A stretch of 64,000 nucleotides of DNA from Octopus sinensis (Eukaryota): positions 52,266,001 to 52,330,000 of the forward strand of contig NC_042998.1 of assembly GCF_006345805.1 (NCBI RefSeq). Reading direction: 5' to 3'. Below are positions 62,341 to 64,000 of the stretch, one piece after another; position 1 is the stretch's first letter, and each line of letters begins with the position of its first letter. The notes below the pieces were generated by a model, which saw nothing but the letters and a program-made list of their open reading frames with translations, was not told where the DNA came from and did not search any database. The translations under genes were made by a program, and so were the position numbers.

Positions 62341-63372
62341 CTGGCCTCCGTGCTGTGGGCACGTGCCGGTGGCACACAAGAAAACCATCCGAACGTGGCC
62401 GTAGCCAGTACCGCACCGACTGGCCTCCGTGCTGTGGGCACGTAACAAACACCATCCGATCGTGGCCGTTCGCCAGCCTCATCTGGCACCTGTGTCGGTG
62501 GCACATAAAAACACCATCCGAAGACCCGGCAAGACTAGTCAGGCCATAACCTGTGGCCCCTACCTGGGACGTAGTCAGTCCACCTGTGCATACCTTCCTT
62601 CTTGTGACACTTGTGAAGACCTCTTGAGGCAAGTGAAAATCAAATCAAATCAAATCAAATCAAATCAAATCAAAACAAATCAAATAGATGAACATTAATG
62701 GAATTTGTATCTTTGTGGTACCAGTGCCGGTGGCACACAAGAAAACCATCCGAACGTAGCCGTAGCCAGTACCGCATCGACTGGCCTCCGTGCTGTGGGC
62801 ACGTAACAAACACCATCCGATCATGGCCGTTCGCCAGCCTCATCTGGCACCTATGTCGGTGGCACATAAAAACACCATCCGAAGACCCGGCAAGACTAGT
62901 CAGGCCATAACCCGTGGTCCCTACCTGGGACGTAGTCAGTCCACCTGTGCATACCTTCCTTCTTGTGACACTTGTGAAGACCTGTTGAGGCAAGTGAAAA
63001 TCAAATCAAAACAAATCAAAATAGATGAACATCAATGGAATTTGTATCTTTGTGGTACCAGTGCCGGTGGCACACAAGAAAACCATCCGAACGTGGCCGT
63101 AGCCAGTACCGCATCGACTGGCCTCCGTGCTGTGGGCATGTAACAAACACCATCCTATGGTGGCCGTTTGCCAGCCTCATCTGGCACCTGTGTCGGTGGC
63201 ACATAAAATCACCCACTACACTCTCGGAGTGGTTGGCGTTAGGAAGGGCATCCAGCTGTAGAAACACTGCCAGATCTGACTGGACTGGTGCAGCCTTCGG
63301 GCTCCCCAGACCCCAGTTGAACCGTCCAACCCATGCAAGCATGGAAAGCGGACGTTAAATGATGATGATGAT
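62341..63372 (+). repeat. Tandem array of ~361-bp RTE 3'UTR monomer with terminal tail
   Basis: Junction ccatccgaagacccgg at 62514 and 62875; ends gcggacgttaaatgatgatg. Confidence 0.88.
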
Positions 63373-63500
63373 ATATATATATATATATTAATAAAAGGAA
63401 TTCCAACCTTGTCTGATTTTCACGTTTTATTTACAATCTTATAATGATATAATATAATAAAATAAAATAGAATAATAGAATGTTAAATGTTCATTCTGAT

Positions 63501-63545
63501 TGAACTAGTACTTTCATGCATTAAATTATGCAATCTTCAGGTTCA
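63501..63545 (-). ncRNA. Minimal type I hammerhead motif (CUA triplet)
   Basis: Reverse complement of 63600-63644. Confidence 0.7.
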
Positions 63546-63599
63546 TGTAGTAGTGGTGACAATCATGCTTCACAATTTTTGACGGTCACCACTACTACA

Positions 63600-63644
63600 T
63601 GAACCTGAAGATTGCATAATTTAATGCATGAAAGTACTAGTTCA
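63600..63644 (+). ncRNA. Minimal type I hammerhead motif (CUA triplet)
   Basis: TGAAC-CTGAAGA-T-TGCAT(AATTTA)ATGCA-T-GAAA-GTAC-TA-GTTCA; AGTACT palindrome. Confidence 0.72.
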
Positions 63645-63829
63645 ATCAGAATGAACATTTAACATTCTATTGCTCTATTTTATTTTATTATATTATATTA
63701 TCTTATATTATATCATTATAAGATTGAAAATAAAACGTGAAAATCAGACAAGGTTGGAATTCCTTTTATTAATATATTCTTCTATACAAAATCACACACA
63801 CCCGTATATATATATATATATATATATAT

Positions 63830-64000
63830 CATCATCATCATCATCATCGTTTAGCGTCCGTTTTCCATGCTAGCATGGGTTGGACGGTTCTACTGGGGTC
63901 TGTGAAGCCAGAAGGCTTCATCAGGCCCAGTCAAATCTGGCAGTGTTTCTACGGCTGGATGCCCTTCCTAACGCCAACCACTCCGTGAGTGTAGTGGGTG
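63830..64000 (-). mobile_element. RTE 3' tail fragment (runs off the window)
   Basis: catcatcgtttagcgtccgttttccatgctagc...ccaaccactccgtgagtgtagtgggtg. Confidence 0.85.

Larger units (their letters stand above)
63385..63775. mobile_element. Near-perfect palindromic element (~176-bp arms, 24-nt spacer) with a hammerhead in each arm
   Basis: 63385-63560 pairs with 63585-63775 (one small insertion in the right arm). Confidence 0.85.

Overview
AT-rich eukaryotic genomic DNA, almost entirely repeats. The SINE families and microsatellites look like Octopus or another coleoid cephalopod (inferred from recalled repeat sequences, not from a search). No host protein-coding gene could be identified. Nearly all listed ORFs are microsatellite artefacts or transposon remnants. 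The window holds two tRNA-derived SINE families and many RTE-LINE fragments. It also has relics of CR1, CRE-like, HERO-like and R4/Dong-like non-LTR retroelements, Tc1/mariner (including DD37D), Tc2/pogo-like and hAT DNA transposons, and TTAA-flanked MITEs. The main finding is a set of short elements next to (TA)n tracts carrying minimal type I hammerhead ribozyme motifs: nine motifs at seven loci, about five sequence families, plus one decayed copy. Their stem III is nearly always a different short palindrome (ACGT, AGTACT, ACATATGT, ACGATTGT, ACCAATTGGT), as in dimeric hammerheads of Penelope-like elements and retrozymes. Two loci are near-perfect palindromes with one ribozyme on each strand. 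The right end also has two inverted tandem arrays of a ~361-bp RTE 3'UTR monomer that share the same head-to-tail junction. All structures were folded by eye; none has been tested for activity.
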